Of a stretch of DNA of 64,000 nucleotides, positions 42,823 through 51,532 are shown piece after piece. Position 1 is the stretch's first letter; each line of letters begins with the position of its first letter. The translations under genes and the position numbers were made by a program. Source of the DNA: Pirellula sp. (lineage in GTDB: Bacteria; Planctomycetota; Planctomycetia; Pirellulales; PNKZ01); NCBI GenBank assembly GCA_013822735.1, contig PNKZ01000025.1, positions 15,407 to 79,406 on the forward strand, given 5' to 3'. A model generated the notes under the pieces. It worked only from the letters and a program-made list of their open reading frames with translations. It did not search any database and was not told the origin of the DNA.

Positions 42823-43023
42823 ACCCTTCTCCCGCTGGGAGCTGCATTGTCCTCCTTCTCCCACTGGGAGAAGGTGGCCGTGAGGCCGGATGAGGGCCGC
42901 GTTGCAAGACGTTTGGTAATGAACGCGCACCGAGCGCTGCGCACGTCCGTCGACCTCCGCAGCCAAGCGAAGTGCAGCGCCACCCTCACCTGCCCTGTGG
43001 GCATCCTCTCCCAGTGGGAGAGG
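42822..43023 (+). repeat. ~200-bp structured repeat, copy 2
   Basis: Begins at the last base of the TGA stop of the preceding gene and ends 5 nt before the convergent gene stop. The differences within the three hairpins fall in their loops (gcc/gct, tcc/act); I saw none in the stems. Confidence 0.85.
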
Positions 43024-43027
43024 AATT

Positions 43028-44257
43028 TCACTTCGCCGGCAGCGCTGCGCGATGGCGTTGCCAAAAAATCCCGGCCGTGAGTTCGGGGCTCGACTTGATG
43101 CGCCCGCGATTCACTTCGTAAAGCTTCGGCAACAGCTCCGGCGCAAATTCGCAGGCGTCGAGCCAATAGCTTCGCAAAGTTCCCGGCGGGCGCCCTGCGG
43201 CATCGGTGCCGTCGGTCCGGCCGGTGAACTTGCCGTCGGGCGTGGCCATCACGTAGAGCGCCGTGTTCGCCAGAGGCGCCATCATCGCGGGCGTGATGCC
43301 GTACTTGCCGGAGAGATACGCACGATAGAGCCCGCCGACGTCGTACGAGCCGTGGGCCGAGTCTTCCAGATGCTTGAGCGGCGTCTCCGCCACGTAGGCC
43401 CAACGGTAGCACGGGTGACCGTCGACCGTGATACGCTCGGCGTTCTCAAAAAACCAATCGACCGAGGCTTGTACGATCGCTTCATAGCGCCGCACGCGCT
43501 CCGGGGCATCGCCGAGCAAGGCGTGGCATTCTGCCATCCGCTGGAACCCGTTGTTCAGCATCATCTGCTGGTTCCACGGCACCGGTCGCTCCGCCGGCCC
43601 CGGCTTCTGATTTACGGCGAACCGTTTGTCGGTCGGAAAGTAGTAGCGGTTGTCGCTCGCGCGCACGAGATGCTTCACGAGAAACGTATCCATCGTCCGA
43701 TCGAGTTCGCGCACGTAATGCTCGGCCCGCGCGCGGTAGGTTCTGCCGAAGTGAAACGGATCGCCGTCGGTAGTCGGGAGTTGTGCGAGCTCGGGCTGCT
43801 GGAGAATGAGCTTGGCCGCGTAGGCGATGTGCCCGACGACGTCCCCCATCTCCGCGCCGGCATACACCGGCTTGCCGTCGACCGGCGCGGCGTTCGGCCA
43901 CACCAGTTCGCGCTCGCCGGTCCACGTCACCCACCCGGTCTTCGGATCGTTGCGGGCCGCGAGCATGCGATCGGTGAAGCGGAGCAGCTCGTCGAGCAAA
44001 TCGCGATCGCCGCAGATCTCGTAGACTCGGCCGATTGATTCGGCCGCCAAGGCGCCGCTGCCGTAAACCATTGCGTTGCGGAGGTTATCCGTAGGTGCGG
44101 GCAACTCACGGACGTGGGCCTTGAACGCTTGCAACTCCGCCGCGGTGACGGGCCCCGCAAGGCCGTCGACGCGCAACGGTTCGATCGCGCCCGCCTGCCC
44201 GGCAAGTAATGCGACGGCGAACATCGCGCCCATGGGAAACCTAAGCATCGGACTCAT
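43028..44257 (-). CDS. Hypothetical secreted protein (possibly alpha/alpha-toroid fold)
   Basis: 409 aa with ATG at 44257. Signal peptide MSPMLRFPMGAMFAVALLAGQAGA. No motif I can name with confidence. Confidence 0.6.
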   Translation of the reverse strand: MSPMLRFPMGAMFAVALLAGQAGAIEPLRVDGLAGPVTAAELQAFKAHVRELPAPTDNLRNAMVYGSGALAAESIGRVYEICGDRDLLDELLRFTDRMLAARNDPKTGWVTWTGERELVWPNAAPVDGKPVYAGAEMGDVVGHIAYAAKLILQQPELAQLPTTDGDPFHFGRTYRARAEHYVRELDRTMDTFLVKHLVRASDNRYYFPTDKRFAVNQKPGPAERPVPWNQQMMLNNGFQRMAECHALLGDAPERVRRYEAIVQASVDWFFENAERITVDGHPCYRWAYVAETPLKHLEDSAHGSYDVGGLYRAYLSGKYGITPAMMAPLANTALYVMATPDGKFTGRTDGTDAAGRPPGTLRSYWLDACEFAPELLPKLYEVNRGRIKSSPELTAGIFWQRHRAALPAK

Positions 44258-44263
44258 CCTGCA

Positions 44264-44890
44264 TTACTTCGCCGGAATGGGGACGATGCGAAAGTTTCGC
44301 AGCGACAACGTACCGAAAGAGAAACCGAGCCCGACGACCGTCTTGGGCCACTCGAGCGAAGCGTGCTCGACTTCCGCCTGGTAATCGTCGCCGATGTTCA
44401 CCACGGCCTTGGGCCCGCGCAGTTCGACGGACACCTTGGTCCATACGCCTTCGCTCAGCTTGGGACCGCCGCGCTCGAGCGCCTGCGACTTATGCTCCGG
44501 GTTCGGCGGAAAGGCGACGATCGTCGTTCCCGCCGCCGATGAGACAAAGCGAAACACATGCCCCTCGTCGCCGTTGACCGTGAAGACGAACGTTTTCGTT
44601 TTCTCCGGTTTGAATTCGAAGTGGATCGCCGCGTCGGTAAACTTCGCGTCGTACCAGACGACCGGTCCGTGGTCTTTGAACTTCTTGAAGAGTTCGTCGT
44701 CTTGCGTGCATTGGGCCGTGCCGTCGGCAATCTTCCAAGGGCCGCGCGTCGGGCGACGACCTTCGAGCTGTTTTGACTGATAGCGATCTTCCACAAGCGG
44801 CGCGGCTTCCGCGGCCGATAACCGCGCGGCGGCGACGTTGAGGACGAGTCCGCCGACCAACAACGAGCCGAGCATCCAGGCAGTGCGCAT
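44264..44890 (-). CDS. Secreted DUF1080/LamG-like jelly-roll protein, tentative
   Basis: 208 aa with a signal peptide. GPWKIADGTAQCT...FTDAAIHFEFK...VWTKVSVEL resembles the DUF1080 (3-keto-disaccharide hydrolase-like) pattern. Confidence 0.5.
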   Translation of the reverse strand: MRTAWMLGSLLVGGLVLNVAAARLSAAEAAPLVEDRYQSKQLEGRRPTRGPWKIADGTAQCTQDDELFKKFKDHGPVVWYDAKFTDAAIHFEFKPEKTKTFVFTVNGDEGHVFRFVSSAAGTTIVAFPPNPEHKSQALERGGPKLSEGVWTKVSVELRGPKAVVNIGDDYQAEVEHASLEWPKTVVGLGFSFGTLSLRNFRIVPIPAK

Positions 44891-45292
44891 CAGATAACCT
44901 CGCCGACGACGACAGGAATGATAGACCGCGTGAAAACATTCCGGCGGCCGAACCGATCATGATCGTCTGCAGGCGGGCAGGTTGCAAACGTTCCACGGTT
45001 CGGGCCAGGTCGTCGGCATAGTAGGCCGCCGCTCCGCGGCGGCAGAGCGGGTTGCGGCGCGGAGGGCGGATCCCTCGGCGTTGCCGGCGCGCACTCCCTT
45101 TCCGCCACGGAGTGGCGGACTACTTTGCTCGGAAAACATCAAAATTACGCTTACCGGCGCCGAGTCGTTGGTCGTAAAAAAACCAAGGGTGTTCCCTTCA
45201 CTCAGTGGATAGGCGAACGCTTTGCGAGGCATATAATCGCGGCTCCTCCGGATCGACTAATCGTCGACATTCTCAACACTGGGAGCACAGTC

Positions 45293-46306
45293 ATGTCGGT
45301 TATCGACGCGTGGGTCGCCACCGCGGCCAACCAAAAACTCGTTCGTCAAAAGCTCGACCTCGGGCCGCTCGGGCCGGAAGAAGTCGAAGTGCAGGTCGAA
45401 AAGTGCGGCCTGTGCCACTCCGATCTTTCGGTGCTGAAAGACGACTGGGCCATGTCGCAATATCCGGCCGTGCTCGGGCACGAAGTCGTCGGGCGCGTGG
45501 TCGAAGTCGGTTCGGCGACCAAAGGTCTGAAGGTCGGGCAGCAGGTGGGCATTGGTTGGACCGCCAACAGCTGCATGCATTGTCGGCCGTGTAAGTCGGG
45601 CGAGAATCATCTCTGCGCGCAAGCGCTGCCGACGATCATGGGAGGCCACCGTGGCGGGTTCGCAAGTCGCGTGCGCGCGCATTGGGCCTGGACCATTCCG
45701 CTGCCGGAAAACCTCAACGTCGCCGAGGCCGGCCCGCTCCTCTGCGGCGGCATCACGGTCTTCAATCCCTTGGTGATGTACGCCCAGCCGACGAGCAAGG
45801 TGGGAATCGTCGGCATCGGCGGCCTGGGGCATATGGGAGTGAAGTTCGCCAAGGCCTACGGGTGCGACGTCACCGCCTTCACTTCGAGCGAAAGCAAGTT
45901 CGACGAAGCGCGCGGCTTCGGCGCGCATCACGTCGTTTCGAGTCGCGACTCGGCGGCCATCCAGAAGCTGGCCGGAACGTTCGATCTGCTCGTCGTCACC
46001 GCGAACGTGCCGCTCGATTGGAACACGCTCATCGCCTCGCTCGCTCCGAACGGACGGATGCACGTCGTCGGCGCGGTGCGCGAGCCGCTGCCGATCGCGA
46101 TCATTCCGATGATCTTCGGCCAGAAGAGCGTCTCCGGTTCGCCGACCGGTTCGCCCGTGGCAATGGAGACCATGCTGGAGTTCGCCGCGCGTCACAACGT
46201 GTCGCCGCAAACGGAACACTACCCGATGAGCAAGATCAACGAAGCGTTCGAACGCTTGGAATCGGGCAAGGCCCGCTACCGCATCGTGCTGGATGCGGAT
46301 TTTTAA
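45293..46306 (+). CDS. Zn-dependent NAD(P) alcohol dehydrogenase (cinnamyl-ADH/YahK-like)
   Basis: ATG at 45293; the ORF track starts at 45125. Motifs: GLCHSDLS, GHEVVGRVVEVG, structural-Zn Cys cluster CMHCRPCKSGENHLC, GIVGIGGLGHMGV Rossmann motif. Confidence 0.9.
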   Translation: MSVIDAWVATAANQKLVRQKLDLGPLGPEEVEVQVEKCGLCHSDLSVLKDDWAMSQYPAVLGHEVVGRVVEVGSATKGLKVGQQVGIGWTANSCMHCRPCKSGENHLCAQALPTIMGGHRGGFASRVRAHWAWTIPLPENLNVAEAGPLLCGGITVFNPLVMYAQPTSKVGIVGIGGLGHMGVKFAKAYGCDVTAFTSSESKFDEARGFGAHHVVSSRDSAAIQKLAGTFDLLVVTANVPLDWNTLIASLAPNGRMHVVGAVREPLPIAIIPMIFGQKSVSGSPTGSPVAMETMLEFAARHNVSPQTEHYPMSKINEAFERLESGKARYRIVLDADF

Positions 46307-46317
46307 GGGTGCAACGT

Positions 46318-46401
46318 GTAGGGTGGGTCGAACGAAGTGAGGCCCACGCGGTAGTTCGTCGCGGATTCCGCGTGGGCCTCGCGTTGCTCGACCCACCCTA
46401 C
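46318..46401. repeat. Inverted pair of REP-like elements (34-nt arms, 16-nt loop)
   Basis: GTAGGGTGGGTCGAACGAAGTGAGGCCCACGCGG (46318-46351) and CCGCGTGGGCCTCGCGTTGCTCGACCCACCCTAC (46368-46401). The outer 12 and inner 13 nt pair perfectly and the centre is mismatched. The right arm overlaps the stop of the DinB-like gene. Confidence 0.85.
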
Positions 46402-46928
46402 GGCGAACTGTTCGGCTCGCGCCAGCCGCTGCCGATCCAGCGAATGTCGACGTCGGAATCGAGCCGTAGCCGGAGCGTGAGCTGCGCGCCGTGATGCTGG
46501 ATGTGGCGGATGTTGTAGACGTGCAGTTCGGCGCGCGAGAAGTTTCGGCCCGGATGAAGGGCCGGCGCGCAGAGCGACGGCTCCGTCTCTTCGTCGAGGG
46601 TCGTCGCGGCCTTCCGCCGGCAGAAGTCGAGGTAGAGCGCGATCTGCTCGCGCGTATACAAGGCGAGCGGTTCGCGATCTGCGAGTTGCTCGTAGTCGGC
46701 GAACAACTCCTGGTTCTCTAAATGAAACGGCTGCCGACTCAGCGACTCTTCGTCGACTCCGAGGTAAAGGTCGGCGAAGAAGAGCGTGTGAAACAGCACC
46801 TGATTGAACGGATACTTCGCAACCGGCGCGTTCCACAAAGCATCAGGACACCGCGCAGCACAATGCGCGAGCACGCAAAAGGCGGCTTCGTATTGATGGG
46901 CGATGAGTCGGCGAAGTTCCTCAAGCAT
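46398..46928 (-). CDS. DinB-family (four-helix-bundle metal-binding) protein
   Basis: ATG at 46928 (MLEELRRLIAHQ...); the ORF-track start at 46940 is a TTG. Motifs: HTLFFADLY and the C-terminal IRHIQHHGAQL His triad region. Confidence 0.7.
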   Translation of the reverse strand: MLEELRRLIAHQYEAAFCVLAHCAARCPDALWNAPVAKYPFNQVLFHTLFFADLYLGVDEESLSRQPFHLENQELFADYEQLADREPLALYTREQIALYLDFCRRKAATTLDEETEPSLCAPALHPGRNFSRAELHVYNIRHIQHHGAQLTLRLRLDSDVDIRWIGSGWREPNSSP

Positions 46929-46996
46929 TACGGCGGCCAATCATGCAAGAATGGTTAGGTCCGGACCTGCAATCGTAGAACTTCCGTCAATAAATC

Positions 46997-47842
46997 TCAC
47001 CAGCTGAAAGCCAGGGTGCCCTGCCTTCCGCCGCCTACGTCTTCCATCAACATCGAGACGGAAGCTCCGGGCTCAAGTGTCGCAAACGTAGGGAATGTCC
47101 CAGCGTTTTCTGGAATCATCCGCCAACGAACCCCGTCGAAGGCGTGAATGTGCAGTCCCTCGCGCGGATAGTGCAACTCGTAACGACTCTCCGGCCGACG
47201 TTGTGCCAATACGATGACACGATGCGAATTGCTACGCTCCCCGGAAGAACCGGTCCATTCCAGCGTGCCTTGCATCCCCGCCTGCTCAAGCAATGTCCGA
47301 GCCTCCGCGTCAATCCACCCATCCGAATCTTGCTCAATCACTAAGCGCTCACCGCCGGGGTGCCAGCGGAAGTAGGCAAAGGAAGGTCGCGCGAATTCCC
47401 CTCCCCGAACACGGGCTGATGCCGTAACACCGACAATACCCACAGCGATGCACAGCACAACCAAGTATGCCGGAACGCTCCACGCCCACCGCTGGGGATA
47501 TAGCAAGGCTAACCCTAGAGTCGCGAAGTACAAAAGAAGCGCCAAGTACGCCGCCGGCGAGATAAGTACGTTGTGCTGAGGGACAAGTACTACAACGCTC
47601 GGAATCCAAATCGAACCCATGCCCACCAGACCAGCTAAGCCGAGTATGCGCCCTCGGCCCGGATTCGCCAAAGAGACAAACGCTCCGGCGAAGAGTGCCA
47701 ATGCTCCCAATAGCGCGACGTAATGCGTGGGATGAATCGGTGCGCCCCAGATGCTCCACATCAGGGACATGAACGTGAGATAGCCAAGCACGAGCGCGGC
47801 GACTAGGTAAACAACGAACTGAATTGGGCGAGCGTCGTTCAT
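46997..47842 (-). CDS. Hypothetical polytopic membrane protein with ~130-aa soluble C-terminal domain
   Basis: ATG at 47842 (MNDARPIQFVVYLVAALVLGYLTFMSLMW); an upstream in-frame ATG exists at 47956. 5-6 TM helices. GC content is visibly lower than in the surroundings. Confidence 0.5.
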   Translation of the reverse strand: MNDARPIQFVVYLVAALVLGYLTFMSLMWSIWGAPIHPTHYVALLGALALFAGAFVSLANPGRGRILGLAGLVGMGSIWIPSVVVLVPQHNVLISPAAYLALLLYFATLGLALLYPQRWAWSVPAYLVVLCIAVGIVGVTASARVRGGEFARPSFAYFRWHPGGERLVIEQDSDGWIDAEARTLLEQAGMQGTLEWTGSSGERSNSHRVIVLAQRRPESRYELHYPREGLHIHAFDGVRWRMIPENAGTFPTFATLEPGASVSMLMEDVGGGRQGTLAFSW

Positions 47843-47958
47843 GCGGCTCCCTCGTTGTTGCATCGATTCGCGTGAACGGGTCCACTTCGACCGGCTCAAG
47901 CGCGCGAAGGGTTCTCGTTGAGGTTCCATCGTAACAAGCGCTTGCTCGTAGTTCACGC

Positions 47959-48116
47959 GCCGGCCTGCATGGTTGCAGGCACACTCCGTGTGCCGTTCGC
48001 AGAGACGGGTACCAGGCAGTCTTTACTGCGTTGCGCTCGGCACGTCCTGATAGTTGAAGGCGTTCTTAATCTAACGACCGACGGCACACGGAGTGTGCCT
48101 GCTACTTTGGGCCGGC
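47959..48116. repeat. 22-bp perfect inverted repeat (GCAGGCACACTCCGTGTGCCGT / ACGGCACACGGAGTGTGCCTGC) with 84-nt loop and outer GCCGGCC/GGCCGGC arms
   Basis: 47975-47996 is the exact reverse complement of 48081-48102. Each arm is itself a hairpin (GGCACAC-tcc-GTGTGCC). The outer 7-bp arms are at 47959-47965 and 48110-48116. Confidence 0.85.
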
Positions 48117-48128
48117 TCGTCGTCGCGA

Positions 48129-49163
48129 CTAGCGCGAAACGGCTTTTGGTGCCGCGTTTAATCTGGCCAGTGCCACGAGGAGCTTTTCCAGCTCGGCGAA
48201 ATAGGCTTCTTCCGGCAGCGTCGCCTTTTTGGCCCGTAGCGCGGCGACGGCCGCTTCGAGCCGGTCGCGCTCGGCACGTTGCGCGGGGGTGAGTTGCCGA
48301 TCGGCCGCGCTCGGTTTCAGATGCAGCTTGCGCGCCAGGGCGCCGTCGACCGCCGCTTCCCCCGCCGGGCGCTTCACGAGTTTGTCGCGCTCGAAGAAGT
48401 CGACGCGCACGCCTCGGCCGTCGCCGTCGTCGTCCAACAGTGGATGCTCCGTGGCGATGCGTCCCTCGCTGCGATAGTACTCGGCCGTGTCGCGGGCCGC
48501 GGCCAGGAACGCTTCGAAGAGCGAGGTCTGATCGTCCTTGTCGAGGTCGGCCGCGGGATCGATCACGCGCTTCGCGAAGAAGCGGCCGAACCGGGCGTAG
48601 TTGCGCTCCTGTCCGGTTTTGGTGGCGGTGATGACGACGCGATTCGGCGCGCTCAGGGCCGTGAGAAAGGGTGCGCTGGCGGCCGTGGTGTTGACGACGG
48701 CGATCGGCCGGCGCGAGGCGCCGAGCCAGTCGGTGAGTTCGGCGCTGGTGACGTCGGGCCCACGAAGATTGAACGCGGCGGTGCGGCCGTCGAACGTGCC
48801 GTGGCCGAGGAAGACGATCCAGAGCGGCGATGCGCGGGCTCCGGCGCTCGTTTCGGCGGCGATGACGCTTTGCAGCCGCTCTTTATCGGTCGGCTGGGCA
48901 TCGCTCGCTCCGGCGGAGTCGGCGGCGCCGATCAACGTCAGCCGGGCCGCGGAGTCGGTCGCCGTCTTGCGCCAGAGCGCCGCTTCTTCCGCGAAGATCT
49001 CGCCGTAGCTCTCTTCGCCGGCGGCGCCGATGACGACGACGAGCGAGGTCTGCTCCGGTGCGTCGTTCGCGCGCAGCAACGAGTATGCACCCGGGCTTAT
49101 CGACGCGAGGAAAGTCGTCGCAACGAAAGGCAACAGCGATGAGCAGCGACGCTTCGTACTCAA
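48129..49163 (-). CDS. Last gene of the MoxR operon: secreted/anchored protein with caspase/legumain-like HG motif but no obvious catalytic Cys, tentative
   Basis: The ORF track gives 48129..49745, but the part upstream of 49163 overlaps the preceding gene. The TTG at 49163 overlaps that gene's TGA (TTGA). Motifs: N-terminal hydrophobic LLPFVATTFLASI; LWIVFLGHGTFDG...IAVVNTTAASAPF...VVITATKTGQE. Confidence 0.55.
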   Translation of the reverse strand: MSTKRRCSSLLPFVATTFLASISPGAYSLLRANDAPEQTSLVVVIGAAGEESYGEIFAEEAALWRKTATDSAARLTLIGAADSAGASDAQPTDKERLQSVIAAETSAGARASPLWIVFLGHGTFDGRTAAFNLRGPDVTSAELTDWLGASRRPIAVVNTTAASAPFLTALSAPNRVVITATKTGQERNYARFGRFFAKRVIDPAADLDKDDQTSLFEAFLAAARDTAEYYRSEGRIATEHPLLDDDGDGRGVRVDFFERDKLVKRPAGEAAVDGALARKLHLKPSAADRQLTPAQRAERDRLEAAVAALRAKKATLPEEAYFAELEKLLVALARLNAAPKAVSR

Positions 49164-51532
49164 GGCAATCCCCTCCAGCGGCGCAGGCCCCACTCGCCGG
49201 CCAAGCAGGCGATCGCCAATGCGAAGACCCACGGCGTGTGCCAGAGCGGAAACAGCGATTGCTCCGTCTGCGGTGCAGGACGCGCGGCGAGCGCGGCGAC
49301 GAACTGTTCCAAGTCGGCGAGCTCGACTGTTTCGCCGCCGCTGCGGGCCGCGAGATCGGCGAGGGCCACGCGGTCGGGCGTGAGCCGGCGAAACTCGTCG
49401 GCGTCGGAGTCGTTGGTCCAGCCGGTTTCGACGGCGGGGAATTCCGTGCCCGAACCGTCGACGACCGCGGCCGTCGCGCGATAGGCGCCGGGAGTGCGCG
49501 GCACATAGCTCGCCTCGTACATGCCCGGCTCGCTCCGGCTCGGCTCGGCGTCGATCTTCAGGCTCGGTCCCTCCGGCACATGAATTTCCAACTTCACTTG
49601 GGCGTTGTCCAGCGGTTGATATTCGGCGTCGGTCGCTCGCACGGCGATGCGCACGGCCGAGGAGAGATCGCCCGCGACCGCTTCGCTTGCGGCAGTGACT
49701 CGGCCCGGCACGTCGACGGTGAGCCGGCGAATGAGTTGCCGCCACATTTTTTCGAGGTCTTGATTTTCGGGATCGGCCTTAAGCCGCCACCGCCAGAGAT
49801 CGCCGACCATCAACGCCGCCGCGCGCCCGCGACCGTAGTTGTGCACGACGAGGGCGGGCTGTTGCGCGCCGCCGGAATCGACGGCCGTGGCGACGACGGT
49901 CGCTCCGGGCTTGATGCCCGAGACGTGATTGAGCGTGCGAAACGGCGGCATGGTTTCCAATCGCTTGCGTTCGTCGATTTCGTTGGCGCGAAGTCGGAGC
50001 CAGGGTTCGAGCCAGCCCTCGCGCGTGAGTTGCCAGCGATAGCCCGACTCGGCGGGAGGATGCGGCGCGGTGGTGCGTTGCAAATAGACCGGCAGAGCGT
50101 CGGCGACCGGCGTCTTGGCGAAGTTCCCCTTCTCGAACGAATCGACGCCGCCGAGCATCAAGAGCCCGCCGCCGCGTTCGGAGACGAAGCGACTCACGAG
50201 CGACATCTGATCGGTGGTGAACATTTCCGCTTCGACGTCGTCGAGCACCACGGCATGGTAGCCGAACAGTTGCTCGGCGGTTTTGGGAAAGCCGTCGCGG
50301 AGTTCGCGCTCGTCTTTGATGCCGAGCCGCACGAACACCGGTTGGTCGTAGCGCTCCGTCTCTTCGTTGGTCTTGTCGAAGCCGCGGAAGAGCGGATTGG
50401 TGGTCTCGCCGCTGCGCGTGCGGAAGTCGAACTTCGGCTCTCGACGCGCGATGCGAATGAGCGACGCCAGCTCCACTTGCGGATCTTCGGCCAGCGCGCG
50501 CCCGAGGAACTTGTGCTCCGGGTTCGGCGCGCCGCCGACATAGAGCACGCGGTACGGCCCGCGACCGCGATCGACCTGCACGAGGCGCGTGTTGTTGGCA
50601 AGGGTCGCCTCACGGGCCGTTTCCGGCTTGTCGAAGGCCGACAGCTGCGACTTCGGCGCGACGCGTACGCGGTAGAAGGAGAGGCCGTCTTTCGCGGGAC
50701 GAAACTGGAAGCGGAAGGAGGCCGTGCCGTCGTCGCGGCCGGGCGTTTGCTCTTGGGTCAGCACAATCTTGCCCGATTGATCAACGAGCTGACACACGAC
50801 AGGTTCCCCCGGGAAGCCGGTGCTGCGGGCCTCGGCCGTGAGCGTGACCGGAGCGTCTTCGAAGCCGGTTTGGGTGGCGGAAACGTGTGCGAGCGTGACG
50901 TCGGCGGCCGGCGCGATCTCGGGAGGGAGCACCGGATAGATCGGCGGGAGCTTCGCGTCGGCGGCGACGTCGGTCGCAGCGTTGTCGGTCGGGGCGCCGT
51001 CGCTCAGGAGCACGATGCCGGCGAGGGGGCGATCCTTGAATCGCTCGGCCAGCGAACGGAGGGCTGTGTTGAGCGACGTGGAGCCGCCGTCGAACTTCAG
51101 CTCGGCGAACGAGGGACGCGGCTCGAGACGATCGTCGAACGTGTAGCGGCGGACGTCGAAATCTTGCTTCAAACGTACGAACCAGGGCAATCGCTCGTCC
51201 TCGAGCGGTACGCGGAACGCCGCGGCGGGGGACGACTTCTGATCGGCCCCGACGATCTCCATGCTCCGGCTCGTGTCGGCGAGTACGACGATGATATTCT
51301 CCCCCGGTCGGACGCGCGTGCCCGACCACAGCGGATCGAGAAGGGCGACGGCCAAGAGCGCGATGCCGGCGGCTTTGAGCGAGGCCGCGGTGAGGCGCAG
51401 CGTCCGTGTGCCCGACGTGCGCCGATAGCCCCAGGCCAGCACGATGCCGGCGGCGACGACCACGGCGAGCACCGCGGGCAACCATTGCGGCGCTCCCCAG
51501 ACGAGCGATGCGGTTAAAACGGGCAACGTCAT
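49160..51532 (-). CDS. Membrane-anchored VWA-domain + glutamine-amidotransferase-like (DUF1355-type) protein
   Basis: The ATG at 51532 overlaps the upstream TGA (ATGA); the ORF track extends to 51847. Two N-terminal TM helices. MIDAS-like VVLADTSRSM. Later GGGLLMLGGVDSFEKGNFAKTPVADALPV. Confidence 0.75.
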   Translation of the reverse strand: MTLPVLTASLVWGAPQWLPAVLAVVVAAGIVLAWGYRRTSGTRTLRLTAASLKAAGIALLAVALLDPLWSGTRVRPGENIIVVLADTSRSMEIVGADQKSSPAAAFRVPLEDERLPWFVRLKQDFDVRRYTFDDRLEPRPSFAELKFDGGSTSLNTALRSLAERFKDRPLAGIVLLSDGAPTDNAATDVAADAKLPPIYPVLPPEIAPAADVTLAHVSATQTGFEDAPVTLTAEARSTGFPGEPVVCQLVDQSGKIVLTQEQTPGRDDGTASFRFQFRPAKDGLSFYRVRVAPKSQLSAFDKPETAREATLANNTRLVQVDRGRGPYRVLYVGGAPNPEHKFLGRALAEDPQVELASLIRIARREPKFDFRTRSGETTNPLFRGFDKTNEETERYDQPVFVRLGIKDERELRDGFPKTAEQLFGYHAVVLDDVEAEMFTTDQMSLVSRFVSERGGGLLMLGGVDSFEKGNFAKTPVADALPVYLQRTTAPHPPAESGYRWQLTREGWLEPWLRLRANEIDERKRLETMPPFRTLNHVSGIKPGATVVATAVDSGGAQQPALVVHNYGRGRAAALMVGDLWRWRLKADPENQDLEKMWRQLIRRLTVDVPGRVTAASEAVAGDLSSAVRIAVRATDAEYQPLDNAQVKLEIHVPEGPSLKIDAEPSRSEPGMYEASYVPRTPGAYRATAAVVDGSGTEFPAVETGWTNDSDADEFRRLTPDRVALADLAARSGGETVELADLEQFVAALAARPAPQTEQSLFPLWHTPWVFALAIACLAGEWGLRRWRGLP

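Noticed and set aside
41820-43023. Composite transposon, IS element or integron cassette.
   Set aside because: There is no transposase, integrase or attC-like site, and no visible target-site duplication. The repeats are direct and each follows a gene stop. Only the weaker cassette/3'-UTR hypotheses were kept as a finding.
45228-45235. CATATAAT -10-like box about 60 nt upstream of the alcohol dehydrogenase start.
   Set aside because: No convincing -35 hexamer lies at 16-18 nt spacing. A single hexamer match is too weak to call.
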